64,000 bases of DNA from Geopsychrobacteraceae bacterium (GCA_963676795.2 CAXXTB010000001.1:736001-800000); one strand, 5' to 3'; shown: positions 30,822 to 39,722, counted from the stretch's first letter. Made by a program: numbers and translations. The notes: a model not told the origin generated them from the sequence alone.

Positions 30822-31287
30822 TAACGCTTGATTCAATGCTGCAAGAATTGAAACAGCTAGCGGCTGTTTCTCCGGTTCAGCCCGTTGATGAGCTCGCACA
30901 TCTTGGGGCGCGAATAATTTCGCTGGTGCTAGCCTACGAAGAAGCGCAGGCAATCTTTCGACAATATAAGAAGGGCGTTTTTTCTTCCTTTTGGAGCCCA
31001 GGCCAAAAGGAGGGCGCCGTGCGGGGGCGCGCCCCCGTGGTTTTTATTTTTTAGAACCTAACAGTCAAAACCGTCGGTTCCCGCACCGACAGGCGACATC
31101 CTTTCTTTTTGCGAAAAGAAAGGATGCAAAGAAACGCTGACGTCAACGGCAGCGTTGATAGCTTGTCCGATCTTTGCTGCGTAGCGTTGAGCCCGCAACC
31201 CTGTTCACGCTCAGACGAGTCGCTACGCGTCTCGATTCGCGCCACCGCAAAGCCGGTTCCCGGCTTGATGACATGAAACAAGCGTTA
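30822..31287. repeat. Structured non-coding repeat element, copy 1 (MITE-like doublet)
   Basis: 13/14 terminal inverted repeats taacgcttgattca / tgaaacaagcgtta; many hairpins; homologous to 37799-38320. Confidence 0.8.
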
Positions 31288-31824
31288 CCAGTTGTCGTAA
31301 TGGACAAACTCCTCCAGCGCCTTGCGCCCTTTAGGGGGATTGTCCTCGGCCGGGTAGCCGACGGCGATGATGCCGATGACGTACTTGTCATCGGGAATCT
31401 GCAGTGCCGGTCTGATTCTGCTCTGTTCGAAGCGCGCGACCCAGCAGGTGCCCAGTCCCTGGTTGACCGCCTCGAGAACCAAGTGAGTGACGGCAACCGT
31501 GGTGTCGCGGATGATCAGTTTGACCACCTTTTCAGGGGACTCTTCATCGACCTGGACCTCGACATCGGGGGCGACCCTCGATCGAACGTCGGCGACGCAG
31601 ACGATCAGTGCTGCGGCATCCTGCATCCAGCTCTGTCCATAGCAGATCTCGACAAGCTCTGTCTTGGTCTCCGGTCTGCGGACGACGACAAAATGCCAGG
31701 GCTGGGCATTGCTTCCCGAAGGCGCCAGACGGGCGCTTTCAAGAATCTCTATCAGCACCTCGTCCGGGACCACTTTCTCTTCAAATTTTCGGGTACTTTT
31801 TCTCTCGGCAATCGCTTTGATCAT
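31285..31824 (-). CDS. Nitroreductase family protein
   Basis: RKSTRKF, APSGSNAQPWHF, GLGTCWV, VGYP. Confidence 0.92.
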   Translation of the reverse strand: MIKAIAERKSTRKFEEKVVPDEVLIEILESARLAPSGSNAQPWHFVVVRRPETKTELVEICYGQSWMQDAAALIVCVADVRSRVAPDVEVQVDEESPEKVVKLIIRDTTVAVTHLVLEAVNQGLGTCWVARFEQSRIRPALQIPDDKYVIGIIAVGYPAEDNPPKGRKALEEFVHYDNW

Positions 31825-31863
31825 AAAGTTCTCCTCGGTTCGGAGCCTACCCGTTTTTGAGCA

Positions 31864-32178
31864 TTACTCCGGAAAGTAGCTGCAGCAGTAATCGCTGACT
31901 TCTTTGACCTTGAGCTGAAACTTGGAGTTGGCCGGTACTTCGAACTGCTCACCTGCCTTGACGGTGATCCACTCCTGACCCGGGAGCTGAACATCCATCT
32001 CGCCGGCCATGATTTCCATCAGTTCTTTGGCGTCGGTGCCGAATTCGTAATCTCCCGGCATCATGATACCGAGGGTTTTCCTGGTGCCGTCGGCGAAAAC
32101 AACGGTACGGCTGGTCACTTTGCCGTCGAAATAGATGTTGGCCTTCTTTACAACTGTAACATTGGTAAATGTCGACAT
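31864..32178 (-). CDS. ppnP: Pyrimidine/purine nucleoside phosphorylase
   Basis: [34 protein letters not shown]. Confidence 0.92.
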   Translation of the reverse strand: MSTFTNVTVVKKANIYFDGKVTSRTVVFADGTRKTLGIMMPGDYEFGTDAKELMEIMAGEMDVQLPGQEWITVKAGEQFEVPANSKFQLKVKEVSDYCCSYFPE

Positions 32179-32254
32179 AACGGATCCTTTAAAAAAATGT
32201 GCGATGAGAAAAAAATCTGTATAGCCTTATCCGCAGCTTTAAGCAAGTGTTCTG

Positions 32255-34123
32255 CTAGCCCTGTGTCCCGTTCGACTCTTTCTGGCTTAGCAGCTGTTCG
32301 ACCGCTTCTTCCCGCCGTTTCCCCTCGGCCCGTGGCCCTTGCAGGTAGATCAGGGTCCATTTGTTCTTCGGTTCAAAGGTCTGTTCGTTGTCGCTGTAGA
32401 CATAGACTTTTTTCTTCTCGTCGATAGCAAACAGGGGGAGCGCTGCCTTGCCGTGTTTATTCAGAAACTCCTCGTAGCCGAACTGTTCGGTCAGTTTGGT
32501 CGAGTGGATCTGTGCCCCTTGTGCCAGGGCAAGGGAGAGCGAACTGAAAGTGACGTTCGGGCCGAAGAGGATCTGCCCCTGGTTCTGGCGCGGCATTTTC
32601 CTGCGTTCGGAGATCATTTCCTGCTGCTTGGTCTGGAGAATAAAAAGATTGCTGCGGCCAAGATCCAGACGGTAATGCATCAGCGCCGAGACGTTCATAT
32701 CTTCATAAGCGGCCATGGCCAGCAGCCGGCCGATCCCCGACATGTCGAGGTGCCACTCGGCGTGCTCCGAGTAGGCATTGCCGTAATAGGTCGGCAGGCC
32801 GATGATCTTGGCTTTGGAGACGTTGTCCCAGGAGGTGTCTGCGAGCATGACGCGTACACCGTTTTCCATCAGAGACCATGAAATCGCGCGGGCAACCTGA
32901 TTGGCGCCGATGATCAGAAACCCCTTGGGGTCAGGTTCGGCGACCCCGAGCCAGCGTGCCAGCGGACGGGCTGTCAAACTCTGGACGACGACCGTGGCGA
33001 TGATGACGAAAAAGGTCAGTGGCACGATCAGGGCGGCATCACTATAGCCGGCATTCTCGAGCTGAACGGCAAACAGGGCGGAGATCGCAGCGGCGACTAT
33101 GCCGCGCGGGGCGATCCAGGCCAGCAGGTTACGCTCCGGCCAGCTCAGTGAGGAGCCGGCTGCAGAGACCATGATATTCAGCGGCCGGGCGAGGAACTGG
33201 ATGGCAATGAAGAGCAGAATGGTCCGCCAGCCCAGATTCATCAGCGCCGTGAGGTCGAGGCGGGCGGCGAGCATGATAAAGAGCAGGGAGATCAGCAGCA
33301 CACTGATGCTTTCCTTGAAGTTGAGGATCTCTTCCATGTCGAGATCTTCGGTATTGGCCAGCCAGATCCCCATCACCGTGACTGTGACCAGACCTGATTC
33401 GGGCTGCAGTTGATTGGACAGGATATAGGCGATGACGACCAGTGCCAGGGTGGCAACGTTATGGAGGAACTCAGGAAGCCAGTGCTTCCTGAGCACCTCG
33501 CCGAACAGGTAAGCGCAGACGGCGCCAATGACGGCACCGACCAGGATCAGCTTGGCAAAGGTCAGGGCACTGTGACCAAACCCGGCTTCGGCCCCACCCG
33601 AGATAATGAATTCGTAGACCAGAACAGCCAGCGATGCGCCGATCGGATCGATGACGATCCCTTCCCAACGCAGGATGTTGGCGATCGATGAGGTCGGGCG
33701 TACGGTGCGTAATAAGGGGGCGATGACCGTCGGTCCGCTGACGACGGTGATGGCGCCGAAGAGCAGGGCGATCTGCCATGAGAGGTCGATCGCGTAGCGG
33801 GCGGCAATCGAAGTGATCAGCCAGGTCACCAGCATGCCGATCGAGACCATGTTGCGGACAACCTTTTGCAGGCCACTAATTTCGCGGAACCTGAGGGTCA
33901 GGCTTCCTTCAAAGAGAATGATTGCGACCGAGAGCGAGACGTAGGGGAAGAACAGGTCGCCAAGCAACAGCTCGGGGTCAAGCAGGCCGCTCACCGGTCC
34001 GATCAGAATGCCGGCAATGAGCAGAAAGATAATCGCCGGCAGGCGCACACGCCAGGCGAGCCACTGACAGAAGATGCACAAGGCCAGAGCTATGGCGATG
34101 AAGATGGTCGGGGTGGTTTCCAT
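32255..34123 (-). CDS. CPA1 cation:proton antiporter with NAD-binding/TrkA-like C-terminal domain
   Basis: ILFEG.L, SGPTVI.P, WEGIVIDP, APRGIVAA; start moved to ATG 34123. Confidence 0.88.
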   Translation of the reverse strand: METTPTIFIAIALALCIFCQWLAWRVRLPAIIFLLIAGILIGPVSGLLDPELLLGDLFFPYVSLSVAIILFEGSLTLRFREISGLQKVVRNMVSIGMLVTWLITSIAARYAIDLSWQIALLFGAITVVSGPTVIAPLLRTVRPTSSIANILRWEGIVIDPIGASLAVLVYEFIISGGAEAGFGHSALTFAKLILVGAVIGAVCAYLFGEVLRKHWLPEFLHNVATLALVVIAYILSNQLQPESGLVTVTVMGIWLANTEDLDMEEILNFKESISVLLISLLFIMLAARLDLTALMNLGWRTILLFIAIQFLARPLNIMVSAAGSSLSWPERNLLAWIAPRGIVAAAISALFAVQLENAGYSDAALIVPLTFFVIIATVVVQSLTARPLARWLGVAEPDPKGFLIIGANQVARAISWSLMENGVRVMLADTSWDNVSKAKIIGLPTYYGNAYSEHAEWHLDMSGIGRLLAMAAYEDMNVSALMHYRLDLGRSNLFILQTKQQEMISERRKMPRQNQGQILFGPNVTFSSLSLALAQGAQIHSTKLTEQFGYEEFLNKHGKAALPLFAIDEKKKVYVYSDNEQTFEPKNKWTLIYLQGPRAEGKRREEAVEQLLSQKESNGTQG

Positions 34124-34285
34124 AGTCCTCCTGGGTGAAAAAACGATCTGGAGCAGGTTTAATGAGTCTGTCCGGCTTCGCTTTACTTTAGTGAAATATG
34201 TCGATCCGGACAAGGGGAGCTTGGCTTTTCAGTGGTGACAGCGATCTGTAATATTGTGCCCCAAAAGGCTGAATCAGCCAGTTCA

Positions 34286-35359
34286 TCAGCGCATTCTTCT
34301 GCGCTCATGCCCGTTCAGATGGGCGGTTTTGCCATTCTGTCTGCTGTGTTCGTCGATATCCGCATAGTGGGTTGTTCTGTTGCGTCCACCAGCCTTGGAT
34401 TTATACAGTGCGCTATCCGTATGGATGAAGCATTCCTCGATACTGTTGTTCTCCAGTTCCTCTGGCGTATTGATTGTCTCGATGCCGGCAGAGATACTGA
34501 GCGGTTCATTGTTTCTGCCGGGATTCGGGATGTTCTGCCGGTACATCTTGACTCTGAATTCATCGACCAGGCTGATCGACTGTTCTTTGGTGGTCATCGG
34601 CAGAATCAGGGCGAACTCCTCCCCTCCGTAGCGGCAGATGGAATCCCCGGCTCTTTTGAAAGATTCCTCCAAGCTGCGGGCCAGGCAGATCAGAATCCTG
34701 TCACCGGCCTTATGTCCCAGGGTGTCGTTAAAGCTTTTGAACCAGTCGATGTCGATCAAGGCGAAGCTCAGGGGGACATGCAGGCGCATGGCCCGACGCC
34801 ATTCCAGACTGGACTGTTCATCCAGGTAGCGGCGGTTAAACAGCTGGGTCAGGGGATCGCGGATGCTCAGGGTGCGTAAGGTCAGGTATTCTTCGATGAG
34901 CCGGACGTAGTCGTTGAGGGTATCGAGTGTCTCCCTGTCCGGGATCTCGCTCTCGCGGTCAAAAAACAGGGATAACACGCCGATAAGCTGCTTGTCCCTG
35001 TTGAATGCAGGAAGTCCGAGATAGCTGCGGACAGCGAGCTTGGCCAAGGCCGGGCTCTCCATGTTGAACTCTGCCGTCAGGTGCGACAGAACGACCGGTT
35101 GACTGTTTTTGATGACTGCAGAACAGCCGGGGCTTCCTGTACAGCTCTGGTGAAAATCGATGCCGTATCCGGCCAGGATTGCCGTACCGGAGCGGACAGG
35201 GATTGTGAAAGCCGTGGCTGTTGCATTGATAAACAGCCCAGCCAGTTTGACGAGCCGGTAAAGGGTGTCATCGCGGGAATCAACCTTCAGGCCAAAACGT
35301 TCCATAGCGATCCGGCGTACATCATATGCTTCACTAACTGAGCCGAAATCGCGAACCAT
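34286..35359 (-). CDS. GAF-GGDEF diguanylate cyclase
   Basis: GAF-like N-terminus (RSYLGLP...IGVLSL); DIDWFKSFNDTLGHKAGD; RAGD; RYGGEEF; AAGGAGG RBS before ATG 35359. Confidence 0.9.
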   Translation of the reverse strand: MVRDFGSVSEAYDVRRIAMERFGLKVDSRDDTLYRLVKLAGLFINATATAFTIPVRSGTAILAGYGIDFHQSCTGSPGCSAVIKNSQPVVLSHLTAEFNMESPALAKLAVRSYLGLPAFNRDKQLIGVLSLFFDRESEIPDRETLDTLNDYVRLIEEYLTLRTLSIRDPLTQLFNRRYLDEQSSLEWRRAMRLHVPLSFALIDIDWFKSFNDTLGHKAGDRILICLARSLEESFKRAGDSICRYGGEEFALILPMTTKEQSISLVDEFRVKMYRQNIPNPGRNNEPLSISAGIETINTPEELENNSIEECFIHTDSALYKSKAGGRNRTTHYADIDEHSRQNGKTAHLNGHERRRMR

Positions 35360-35547
35360 GAAACCTCCTTTGTGACGTCGCTCCGCGGCAGAGAAGACGC
35401 TGTTTTCGCAAATGAGATAAATCAAGTCTACATCAAAGTGACCGCTGGTGCTTGGCTGCGCGGTCAATAATTTCAGTTTCTGGTTCTGTCCGGGCGCAGC
35501 GTTTTGGCTGAGGAGTTTTGTTCTGATGTGATGGCAGTCACAGCTTG

Positions 35548-35564
35548 GTGAAAATGATTTTCAA
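35548..35564. promoter_or_regulatory. Fur box (deltaproteobacterial type)
   Basis: gTGAAAATGATTTTCAa, a perfect 7-1-7 palindrome matching the WTGAAAATNATTTTCAW consensus predicted for deltaproteobacterial Fur; adjacent to a -35. Confidence 0.75.
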
Positions 35565-35570
35565 AAGGCA

Positions 35571-35599
35571 TTGACACCTGGAGACTGTACAGCTAAGGT
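35571..35599 (+). promoter_or_regulatory. Sigma70-type promoter
   Basis: TTGACA (35571-35576), 17 bp, TAAGGT (35594-35599). Confidence 0.65.
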
Positions 35600-35636
35600 G
35601 CCGGGAAATAATCGAAAGCTTAAACAACTGACAGGG

Positions 35637-35676
35637 GCCGGGTCTATGCAATTGTGCAAAAGGACCGGCTTTTTTT
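35637..35676 (+). terminator. Intrinsic terminator inside the leader of the HD-GYP operon
   Basis: gccgggtct-atgca attg tgca-aaaggaccggc followed by T7. Confidence 0.65.
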
Positions 35677-35701
35677 GTAATGAATCGACATTGGCTGTTG
35701 C

Positions 35702-36418
35702 ATGCTCCGAAATAAGGGGCGAGAAGTGGAAAAATACATGTTGTTGTGCAATTTGGACGTTAATGATTTGCTCCATCAGGGTGCTGTTTCGCCAGCACCT
35801 GTCGGAGCTCTCTGCCTGGCGGGGTGTGACTCCCTGCATCAATTGTCGGAATCTTTGGGCCATGCCGTGGATGCCAAGGATCCACAGACCGCAAACCATT
35901 CCAGGGAAGTTGCTCATTTTAGTGTGCTGCTGGCAGGTCGGTTGGGATTGCCGGACACAACAGTGAATGTCATTCATATTGCCGGACACCTCCACGATAT
36001 CGGTAAGATCGGTATTCCTGATGCGATATTGCAAAAGCAGGGCAAGTTGACGGAGGAGGAGTGGCTATGGGTCAAAAAGCATCCTGATATCGGGGCCAAA
36101 ATCCTCAGCCCGGTGAGGCAGTTCAGTGTTTCCGGAGGCGTTAGTGATCTTGTCCGTCATCACCACGAGAGGTTCGACGGATGCGGCTATCCTTGTGGTC
36201 TGAAGGGCGAGGAGATACCTCTCGGAGCGCGTATCATCGCCGTTGCTGACAGCTTGTCAGCGCTGATGCAGAATCGGCCCTATCGGCAGGGAGCGGCGTT
36301 TGAAGAGGCTCTGGCGGAAATTCAGCGTTGCTCTGGAAGCCAGTTTGATCCGCAGGTTGTCAAGGCGCTGGTGCTGAGTCGCACTGAGTTGATGGCGATA
36401 TGTATCTCCACCCTGTAG
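35702..36418 (+). CDS. Stand-alone HD-GYP phosphodiesterase
   Basis: AKDP.T..HS..VA, HLHDIGKIGIPD, HHERFDGCGYP, RIIAVAD, RPYR; true start may be 35726 or 35738. Confidence 0.92.
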   Translation: MLRNKGREVEKYMLLCNLDVNDLLHQGAVSPAPVGALCLAGCDSLHQLSESLGHAVDAKDPQTANHSREVAHFSVLLAGRLGLPDTTVNVIHIAGHLHDIGKIGIPDAILQKQGKLTEEEWLWVKKHPDIGAKILSPVRQFSVSGGVSDLVRHHHERFDGCGYPCGLKGEEIPLGARIIAVADSLSALMQNRPYRQGAAFEEALAEIQRCSGSQFDPQVVKALVLSRTELMAICISTL

Positions 36419-36441
36419 AGAGCGGTTGAACACCTGGAGTT

Positions 36442-36867
36442 ATGATGAAGATGAATGGACAGCAGCAAAAAGTGGAAATTGGCAGATCGATCAGGAGTGT
36501 CGATCTCTACGAATTGTCACAGCGGGGCATGAGTTACCTGCGGCATAGCCGCGAAAAGGGGATTCTGGGGCTTGAAAGGCTTGTTCAGGCGGAGGAAGTG
36601 GATCTGTTTCGCGATGCCCTGGAGATGTTGATTGATGGTTGCAGTGAGGAAGAGGCAAAGCGCTTTCTCAGTGTTAGCCGGGAACAGACTTTGCGCCATC
36701 TTCTGGTCATTTATGATCTGATCGAGGATCTGGTGTCGTCGATCAGTCGCAGTGAGAACTGTTATCTGGTTGCCAAAAGAACCAAGCTCTATCTGCGTGG
36801 TGATGATGCAGATAGAGCTTTCAACTGTCAGTGTGACAACCGGGCATGTACGGCTGCAGAAAGCTGA
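36442..36867 (+). CDS. Soluble protein resembling the cytoplasmic segments of flagellar stator MotA
   Basis: SREKGILGLE...FRDALEMLIDG and DLIEDLVSSISRSENCYLVAKRTKLYL resemble the MotA loop and C-terminus; no TM helices. Confidence 0.6.
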   Translation: MMKMNGQQQKVEIGRSIRSVDLYELSQRGMSYLRHSREKGILGLERLVQAEEVDLFRDALEMLIDGCSEEEAKRFLSVSREQTLRHLLVIYDLIEDLVSSISRSENCYLVAKRTKLYLRGDDADRAFNCQCDNRACTAAES

Positions 36868-36873
36868 TTCCGC

Positions 36874-37761
36874 TCAGCGTTGCAGCAGGAACTTGCCAGC
36901 CCAGTTCTTGGAAAACTGCATGGCGGTCCGGCCGCAGCGTTTGGTTTTCTGATGTGACCATTTGATGGCCGCCTGCTGCAGGTCGTCATCAAAGGGGATC
37001 TCCTTGCCGTATTCCTTGCTCAAGCGCTCAATGCAGAGCCTGACCGCTTCCAGATAGCGATCCTGGGAAAAGACATGGAAAGCGACCCAGAGGCCGAAGC
37101 GGTCGGAGAGGGAACTCTTCTCCTCCTGCAGTTCGCTCTGCTGCAGCTCGCCTTTGACATACTTGCCGCCGATCTCGTCCCGTTCATATTCCGGCAGCAG
37201 ATAACGACGGTTGGAAGTGACATAGATCAGCACGTTTTCCGGTGGCGAGTAGACCGAGCCGTCGAGGGCGCTCTTGAGCATCTTGTAGGAGAGCTCGCCC
37301 ATCTCGAAGGAGAGGTCGTCGCAGAGCATGATGAAGCGATAGGGTTCATGCTCGACCAGCGAGAAGATCTCGGAGATATAGATCAGGTCTTCCTTTTCGA
37401 CCTGAATGATCCGCAACCCTTCGCCGGCATATTCGTTGAGCAGCGCCTTGACGATCGAGGATTTTCCGGTCCCGCGTGATCCCCAGAGCAGGGCGTTGTT
37501 GGCAGGCAGCCCCTTGATGAACTGGCGGGTGTTCTCGATCATGACCTGTTTCTGTTCTTCGATGCCGAGCAGTTCGTTGAGCTGGATCTTGACGGTCAGC
37601 TTGACTGGTTCCAGGTAGCCGGAGAAGGAATGGCGGCGCCAGTTGGCCGCATGACAGCCGCTCCAGTCGATCGGTTTGACCGGTTTGGGCAGGAGCATTT
37701 CGACAGAGCTCAATACGCGCTCGAGTTGAGCGACAACTTCGGGTTTTAAATTGATCATCAT
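36874..37761 (-). CDS. DUF815-family AAA+ ATPase
   Basis: PANNALLWGSRGTGKSS, CDDLSFE, YK.LKS.LDG, TSNRR, EEK.SLSDRFGL. Confidence 0.9.
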   Translation of the reverse strand: MMINLKPEVVAQLERVLSSVEMLLPKPVKPIDWSGCHAANWRRHSFSGYLEPVKLTVKIQLNELLGIEEQKQVMIENTRQFIKGLPANNALLWGSRGTGKSSIVKALLNEYAGEGLRIIQVEKEDLIYISEIFSLVEHEPYRFIMLCDDLSFEMGELSYKMLKSALDGSVYSPPENVLIYVTSNRRYLLPEYERDEIGGKYVKGELQQSELQEEKSSLSDRFGLWVAFHVFSQDRYLEAVRLCIERLSKEYGKEIPFDDDLQQAAIKWSHQKTKRCGRTAMQFSKNWAGKFLLQR

Positions 37762-37798
37762 AACTTTAACTCACCATCAAACTGAGCAATGTAGAGCT

Positions 37799-38320
37799 TT
37801 TGAATGTTTCAAGGCTCATTGAAACACCAGAGGTGTTTCTTCGGTTCTGCCCGTTGATGAGCTCGCTCATCTTGGGGCGCGAGTAATTCTGCTGGTGCGT
37901 TGCCACAAAGAAACGCAGGCAACCTGCCGACAATATAAAAGGGCATTTTTTGCTTCCTTTTTGAGGCCCTGGTCAAAAAGGAAGGCGGCGTACGGGGCCG
38001 AGACCCCGTGGTTTCCGTTTTTGGTTTGATTTTGAACTAGTAGAGTCAAAACCGGCGGGGTCCGGCCCGCCAGCCGGGTTCATTTTCTTTGTAGCGACAA
38101 AGAAAACGCAACCAAAAGAAAACGCAACCAAAAGAAAACGCAACCAAAAGAAAACGCAACCAAAAGAAAACGCAACCAAAAGAAAACGCTTAAAAACACT
38201 GACGTAAATTGTTTTTGGCGCCCTTCGTTGTTTTTGGGCTGCAACTTTCTTCACGCTCAGACGAGTCGCTTCGCGCAATCGCAAAGCCGGTGTCCGGCTT
38301 GAATGAATGAAACAAGCCTA
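37799..38320. repeat. Structured non-coding repeat element, copy 2
   Basis: Shares blocks gcccgttgatgagctcgc.catcttggggcgcga, cgacaatataa, agtcaaaacc, ttcacgctcagacgagtcgct, cgcaaagccgg...tgaaacaagc with copy 1; left end degenerate. Confidence 0.8.
38099..38189. repeat. 16-bp tandem repeat, about 5.5 perfect copies of agaaaacgcaaccaaa
   Basis: Direct count at 38101-38189. Confidence 0.95.
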
Positions 38321-38339
38321 ATAGCAGAACCATAATTGC

Positions 38340-38369
38340 AAAAAGGCGCCCCGTTGGGACGCCTTTTTG
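38340..38369. terminator. Intrinsic terminator after dapL
   Basis: aaaaaggcgcccc gtt gggacgccttttt. Confidence 0.8.
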
Positions 38370-38381
38370 ATTATTGAAGGG

Positions 38382-39617
38382 TTACTTGCCCCATTTGGCC
38401 TTAATGCGCTCAACGGCCGTTTCGACGTTGCTGCGCTCGCCGAAAGCGGAGAGGCGGAAGTAGCCTTCGCCACTCGGGCCGAAACCGCTGCCCGGGGTGC
38501 CGACGACGTTGCATTCAGCCAGCAGTTTGTCGAAGAAGTCCCAGCTGGTCATCCCTTCAGGGGTCTGCAGCCAGATGTATGGGGAGTCGACACCGCCGTA
38601 GCACTCAATACCGGCAGCTTTGAGCCCTTCGCGGATGATGCGGGCGTTCTCCATGTAGTAGTCGATGGTGGCCTTGACCTGAGCCCACCCTTCGTCAGAG
38701 TAGACGGCGGCAGCGGCACGCTGAACCGGATAGGACGCACCGTTGAACTTGGTGGTGGTGCGGCGTAGCCAGAGCTTGTTGAGGCTGTATTTCTCGCCGC
38801 TGGCGGTGGTGCCCATCAGTTCTTCCGGAACGACCACCAGACCACAACGTACACCGGTGAATCCCGCGGTCTTGGAGAAGGAGCGGAACTCGATGGAACA
38901 TTTTTTGGCCCCTTCGATCTCGTAGATCGAATGCGGAATGTCGGCCGAAGTGATGAACGCCTCGTAGGCAGCATCAAACAGGATGATGGCGTCGTTGGCC
39001 AGGGCGTAGTCGACCCATTTTTTCAGCTCGTTCTTGGTGGCGACGGTGCCGGTCGGGTTGTTCGGGTAACAGAGATAGATGATGTCAACCTTCTGCTTCG
39101 GCAGATCCGGGACGAAGTTGTTGGCTGCGGTGATCGGCATGTAGACGATCCCTTTGTAGTAGCCTTTTTCGTCTGCTTCACCGGTGCGGCCGATCATGAC
39201 GTTGGTATCGTTGTAGACCGGGTAGACCGGGTCGCCGATGGCGACGACATTGTCCTGGCCGAAGATGTCGAGGATGTTGGCGCAGTCACACTTGGAGCCG
39301 TCGGAGATGAACATCTCGCTGGCTTTCAGCTCGACACCAAGCGGTTTGTAGCTCTTTTCGATGATGGCGCTACTCAGCCATTCATAGCCCTGCTCAGGGC
39401 CATAACCGGCAAAGTTGTCCTTGCTGGCCAGGTCGTCGATAGCGTCGTGGAAGGCCTTGAGTACAGCCGGAGCCAGAGGCTGAGTAACGTCGCCGATACC
39501 GAGGCGAATGATCTTGGCTTCCGGATTCGCCGCAGAGAATTCACGGACGCGGCGGCCGATCTCCGGGAACAGGTAACCGGCTTTGAGTTTCAGATAGTTG
39601 TCGTTAATACGAGCCAT
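38382..39617 (-). CDS. dapL: LL-diaminopimelate aminotransferase
   Basis: [41 protein letters not shown]. Confidence 0.96.
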   Translation of the reverse strand: MARINDNYLKLKAGYLFPEIGRRVREFSAANPEAKIIRLGIGDVTQPLAPAVLKAFHDAIDDLASKDNFAGYGPEQGYEWLSSAIIEKSYKPLGVELKASEMFISDGSKCDCANILDIFGQDNVVAIGDPVYPVYNDTNVMIGRTGEADEKGYYKGIVYMPITAANNFVPDLPKQKVDIIYLCYPNNPTGTVATKNELKKWVDYALANDAIILFDAAYEAFITSADIPHSIYEIEGAKKCSIEFRSFSKTAGFTGVRCGLVVVPEELMGTTASGEKYSLNKLWLRRTTTKFNGASYPVQRAAAAVYSDEGWAQVKATIDYYMENARIIREGLKAAGIECYGGVDSPYIWLQTPEGMTSWDFFDKLLAECNVVGTPGSGFGPSGEGYFRLSAFGERSNVETAVERIKAKWGK

Positions 39618-39722
39618 GTGGAAAACCTCCAAAGAGCTTAAGGTTGAAAGTTAAAATATGAAGACAAGTCAGGCGGCTTGCACGCAAACCGCCTGGAAAT
39701 CAATTTATTTACTGCGCTATGC

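Noticed and set aside
30815..31281. ORFs 30815..31054 (+) and 31051..31281 (-)
   Set aside because: They lie inside the repeat element. The matching + frame in copy 2 is interrupted by a stop and the differences are mostly non-synonymous.
19196..35359. Hypr (cGAMP-forming) status for the GGDEFs at 19196..20392 and 34286..35359
   Set aside because: Both retain the canonical GHxxGD aspartate.
35360..35700. c-di-GMP-I/GEMM riboswitch near the GGDEF/HD-GYP genes
   Set aside because: No recognisable GEMM core (GxCAAA...GAAA tetraloop/receptor) on either strand.
38099..38189. Possible CRISPR array
   Set aside because: 16-bp units are directly adjacent with no spacers, and no cas genes are present.
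37867..38284. ORFs 37867..38049 and 37973..38284 (-)
   Set aside because: Translations of the palindromic element and the VNTR (repeating FLLVAFSFGCVF); no protein-family signal.
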